Of a DNA stretch of 64,000 bases, positions 63,865-64,000 are shown piece by piece (positions within the stretch are counted from its first letter, which is position 1; each line of letters opens with the position of its first letter). The DNA comes from an uncultured virus (IMG/VR IMGVR_UViG_3300028591_000111). Its lineage: Duplodnaviria > Heunggongvirae > Uroviricota > Caudoviricetes. Both the position numbers and the translations under genes were made by a program. Under the pieces are notes generated by a model. It was not told the DNA's origin and did not search any database. It was given only the letters and a program-made list of their open reading frames with translations. The DNA lies in the IMG/VR virus record IMGVR_UViG_3300028591_000111; one strand, written 5' to 3'.

Positions 63865-64000
63865 TCCTTTAGTCCGCTAGGGTCTTTTCTAATTCCTCAA
63901 TATACACCCAACGTATTACGTCTATCAGTTCATAATAGAACTCATTATCAGGCGTATTAAGACACCACCTACTATATGTTTTGTTCGATTCCCAACACAA

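Noticed and set aside
1..64000. Alternative genetic code (stop-codon reassignment, as in some jumbo phages)
   Set aside because: Long conserved genes are intact in code 11, and TAA, TAG and TGA all terminate credible genes
1..64000. tRNA, rRNA, tmRNA or RNase P genes
   Set aside because: No cloverleaf or T-loop context or signature motifs found by eye; tcgaatcc near 54098 lacks tRNA arms. tRNAscan-SE was not run.

Overview
AT-rich segment of what is most likely a jumbo (T4-superfamily-like) phage genome, read in genetic code 11. It has sigma70-type TTGACA promoters and AGGAG Shine-Dalgarno sites. Recognisable genes: a T4 gp20-like portal, an amidase endolysin, RtcB, a radical SAM protein, a GNAT, an HslV/Ntn-like protease, about six DNA methyltransferases, a type IIG-like R-M fusion, and three intact TnpB IS200/IS605-family elements plus one non-coding derivative, all with reconstructable insertion sites. 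The most unusual signals are non-coding. (1) Two diverged paralogous ORF-free blocks of about 1.4-1.5 kb (15650-17015 and 26590-28435, minus strand) share colinear conserved motifs and a covarying hairpin. Each starts right after a recurrent TTTCTATCTA motif, so they look like a giant structured ncRNA family. (2) A dispersed family of genes begins with a basic MIRR..(F/L)xE leader, and several are preceded by the same motif plus perfect 21-24 bp GCGC-core tandem arrays. (3) Early promoters are followed by a conserved C(AAYGUC)G leader hairpin. (4) A DnaA-box cluster sits at a strand-skew switch near 32 kb and is a candidate origin. (5) There are several small-RNA candidates. All product calls come from motif recognition by eye; no database searches were run.
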